Origin: Octopus bimaculoides
Taxonomy: Eukaryota
Direction of reading: 5' to 3'
Length of the DNA stretch: 64,000 nucleotides
Assembly (NCBI RefSeq): GCF_001194135.2
Contig: NC_068981.1
Location: forward strand, 81,431,858-81,495,857
Part shown: one piece after another, positions 60,861-64,000 of the stretch
How positions within the stretch are numbered: position 1 is the first letter of the stretch
How the letters are laid out: every line of letters begins with the position of its first letter
Notes under the pieces: model-generated
The model's input: only the letters and a program-made list of their open reading frames with translations
The model's database searches: none
What the model was told of the DNA's origin: nothing
Translations under genes and position numbers: made by a program

Positions 60861-63329
60861 CCGACTTCAGTGTTTGACTGATACTTATTTTATCGTTCCC
60901 AGATAAAATTAATCAAACTTCACTTAGCTAGCTAACTCGCTATTTATGCAAATGTGTTTACTTATATTATATTACATTATATTATATGCATCTATAGTTC
61001 TGAATATATGTACTTTGCCAGAAGCAGGTGTTTTATTTATATATTGATTTAGTCAATGAGAAACAAAGTCAACTGCGATGCAATTTGAATTCAGAACATA
61101 AGGAGCCGTAATAAAACACCGAAATAAATGTTGTCTGTTCCTTTACGAATTCTGCCACCATCGGCGAATTTGTAGTATCGTTAGAGTGTCGAACAGAATG
61201 CTACACGGTATTTGTCCCGGCACTCTACGTTATGAGTTCAAATCCCGCTAAGTTCGGCTTCACAGTTCATCCTTTCAAGATCGATAACAAAGAACCAAGA
61301 TCCATTACAGCCGGTGGATTGGTGGAACTGTACGGCTCTTTGCCTTATGAGTTCAAATCGCGCCAAGGCCTACTTGGGTGGTTGACTTAACCCGACCTGT
61401 AGTTTAGAACTACTACTTGACACTTTAGGTAGCTTTAGCGGAGTCTGCTGTGTTGGAAGCATTCGGGGCAGGCTTCCGGTCTGAAGATATCTCCGTCCCT
61501 CCCAACAGTCTTGGATACCCTGCAACGGATCGTGGGCACTACCTTTCCAGCTGCCTAAAAGATTAAAAACAAGATCTGTAATATATGTCAGGGGTACGCA
61601 AGAAAAATTGTAGGGAGGGTCTTCGCATGGGAAACTATGATGGTACGTGAGATTTGTAAAAAACACTGAAATATTGAAGCAGTTACAATCAAGTAAACGT
61701 TGCTTATGTACCCAGAAAATGTATAGAGAAACTTCTATTATCTATTTATCGTTGTGAACAAGGGTTTTCAGCAAATTTTAAAGCCAAAAGCAAATTTCTT
61801 GCAAAAAAACAACAACAAAAAACAAAAAAAAAACAAAAAAACAAAACAAAAAAAACAATTGAGAATGATTTATAGGTGTACCTACACAATGTCTAGAAAT
61901 CAGTTACTTGTTAGAAGAAACCAAACAAATCCACTTAATTAGAAATGTAACATGAAATCAAATTGATTTTTTATGTAGGCATAAGTCTAGAACTTTTGAG
62001 GGAGGGAACGGTAGATCATATCAGTCACAGTATTTGACTACGGTGGGATTTGAACTCTTTAGATTAAATTAAAGTAATTTAATAACAAATGATACTTGCC
62101 TCATGCCTGTTCTATGGTACGGTCTATTTTACACAATATTCGTTATAAGGGATACACATGATGGAGCGGTCTGCTGGAAGAAAAAGCTTTACGAACATAG
62201 TGACAAGAACTGTCGATCAAATTTACTGGTATATCTTTTGTTGCCTTGAACAACGAATTATACGAGATATTTTGTTCCGCGTTCTATAGATTCGGTCATC
62301 AAATATTTGATTAAGTATATTCACCAAACTAACCAGCTAGCTAGCCAACGATATATTCGTTTGTATTATATATATTTTATATATTTTCTAATTCATCTGG
62401 TTTTCTATAGTATGGAATATTTGTACTTTGTCACTGGCAGATGTTTTATTTATATATTTATTTACTTTGCAACAGGCAGATGTTATATAAATGTGTGTGT
62501 GAGTGTGTATACTTATTCATCATATTATTGAACAGTTATAAACTAGTATTTATCCTGAAAACGAAGGGGAAAAATAATTGGAAAAGTATATTTTAGAGTA
62601 TTGAAATAATACTAAAACATCCTCAAACAGGCATGCAAACATTAAAACAGCCCAATATTTAGACGAGCCAGTTTGGGAGCTCACCACTACCTAGATATTC
62701 TGCAGAAAATCGATCTTCACAGTGTAAATATCGTTATAAACTCGACTGAACAAATGATGTAAAAGAATGGTGAAGACTGACTCATATTTATAAAAGAACT
62801 GGTTTGTTGGTTTGGAACATCAATCAGATCCAATCAGATATAAAGTTGCTTATCCGAGGAAGCGTACTACCTTCGTTTAATATTCGTGTCGTTTGGTCGG
62901 CCATGTTACTTTAACCGAGTTGCTATACAGTTGAGTAAAATAAAATCAAAACAAAACACATTTTTCTCAATATTTGCTGATGCAGACGACCAGCTAACTA
63001 TCTATACAATTGAACATACGTTTCACTGTAAATAAATAAAATGAATGATCTCATAAATTAAGAACACAACAGTGCTAATAACGAACTTTAAACAACAGCT
63101 TGAATTTACGTTAGACTAAATATTACTGTGACGTTGATGAGTAGAAAATAGAAGGAAATGACAAAGAACTGTTTAAGCTTTGATGTGTCATTCTTGAAAT
63201 CATTGGTATTGTTCTGAAAACACGCATTACGCATTAATACACCATAATATACAGTATATATCTATATCTATATATCTCTCTCTATATATATATTTCTTTA
63301 TTGCCCATAGGGGGCTAAACACAGAGGGG

Positions 63330-63490
63330 ATTAAGTCGATTATATCGACTCCAGTGCGTAACTGGTACTTATTTAATCGACCCCGAAAGGATGAAAGGCA
63401 AAGTCGACCTCGGCAGAATTTGGACTCAGAACGTAATTACAGACGAAATACTACTAAGCATTTCACCCGGCCTGCTAACGATTCTGAACC
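63330..63490 (-). mobile_element. SINE family C preceded by a ~45-bp Tx1-like 3' tail (63292-63330)
   Basis: CCCCGAAAGGATGAAAGGCAAAGTCGACCTCGGCAGAATTTG...CTAAGCATTTCACCCGG. Confidence 0.85.
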
Positions 63491-63646
63491 TCAATACAAG
63501 AAAGAATACAACGGTCGGCCAACTTCAATTTATATAATAGATTAAGTCTAACATAATTATATTTGCCTTTGTTTAATATATTTATTTGTCGCATAAACTA
63601 AAGAATACGTGTGTAGTATTTTGTCGAATTACATATTAAAGCTAAA

Positions 63647-63844
63647 GGTGCAGGCGTGGCTGTGTAGTTAAGAAGCTTGTTTCCCAACTACGTGGTCTTT
63701 GGTTCAGTCTTACTGGGTGGCACGCTGAGCAAGTTTCTTCTATTATATCCCCATGCCAACCAAAGCTTTGTGAATGGACTTGGTTGACGGAAATTGTAGA
63801 ACCCCGTCGTGTGTGTTTGTGTGCGTGTGCATTGTGTATATGTG

Positions 63845-63884
<40 letters not shown>

Positions 63885-63920
63885 TACTACCGGTTGGCAA
63901 CCGGTGTTGTTTTGTTTACG
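63647..63920 (+). mobile_element. SINE family B, degenerate
   Basis: GGTGCAGGCGTGGCTGTGTAGTTAAGAAGCTTG head and core. Confidence 0.8.
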
Positions 63921-64000
63921 TACAATTGAGATGTAAAAGATAAAAGTTGTCTTAAGCTCAACTAAAGACGGAAACAGAAATATAGAAAATAGAAAAAATA

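Noticed and set aside
61390-61680. GC-richer segment with a 98-aa minus ORF
   Set aside because: I found no recognisable motif in any frame; probably an unidentified repeat remnant.
750-63900. His/Thr-, Cys/Val-, Ile/Tyr- and Leu/Ser-repeat ORFs
   Set aside because: These are translations of (CA)n, (TG)n, (TA)n and (TC)n microsatellites.
51-63920. A-box/B-box sequences as functional tRNA genes
   Set aside because: They are SINE heads attached to repeat bodies and TSDs; none gives a complete cloverleaf.

Overview
Eukaryotic, AT-rich, microsatellite-dense scaffold with 15 N-gaps (about 5.4 kb in total). The SINE repertoire and repeat density suggest an octopus (inference; no database search was run). 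I cannot support any intact protein-coding gene. Recognisable coding sequence consists of decayed transposon fragments: Helitron Rep/Pif1, Penelope-like RT, Tx1/L1, CR1 and RTE LINEs, and Tc1 and mariner transposases. These sit among many tRNA-derived SINEs and MITEs. The most notable signals are: (1) minimal type-I hammerhead-ribozyme-like motifs with palindromic helix III, one at 58505-58553 and three copies of a variant CUGUNGA repeat; (2) a Helitron nest at 24.4-31.6 kb with an exact head-to-tail CTAG|TC junction and an inverted pair of one deletion derivative; (3) two near-perfect hairpins (14413-14565, 39496-39581); (4) a GG-terminated MITE with an 8-bp TSD; (5) a CpG-depletion boundary near 15.5-17 kb, suggesting that the left quarter lies in a methylated gene body. 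Coordinates of degenerate repeats are approximate and were read by eye.
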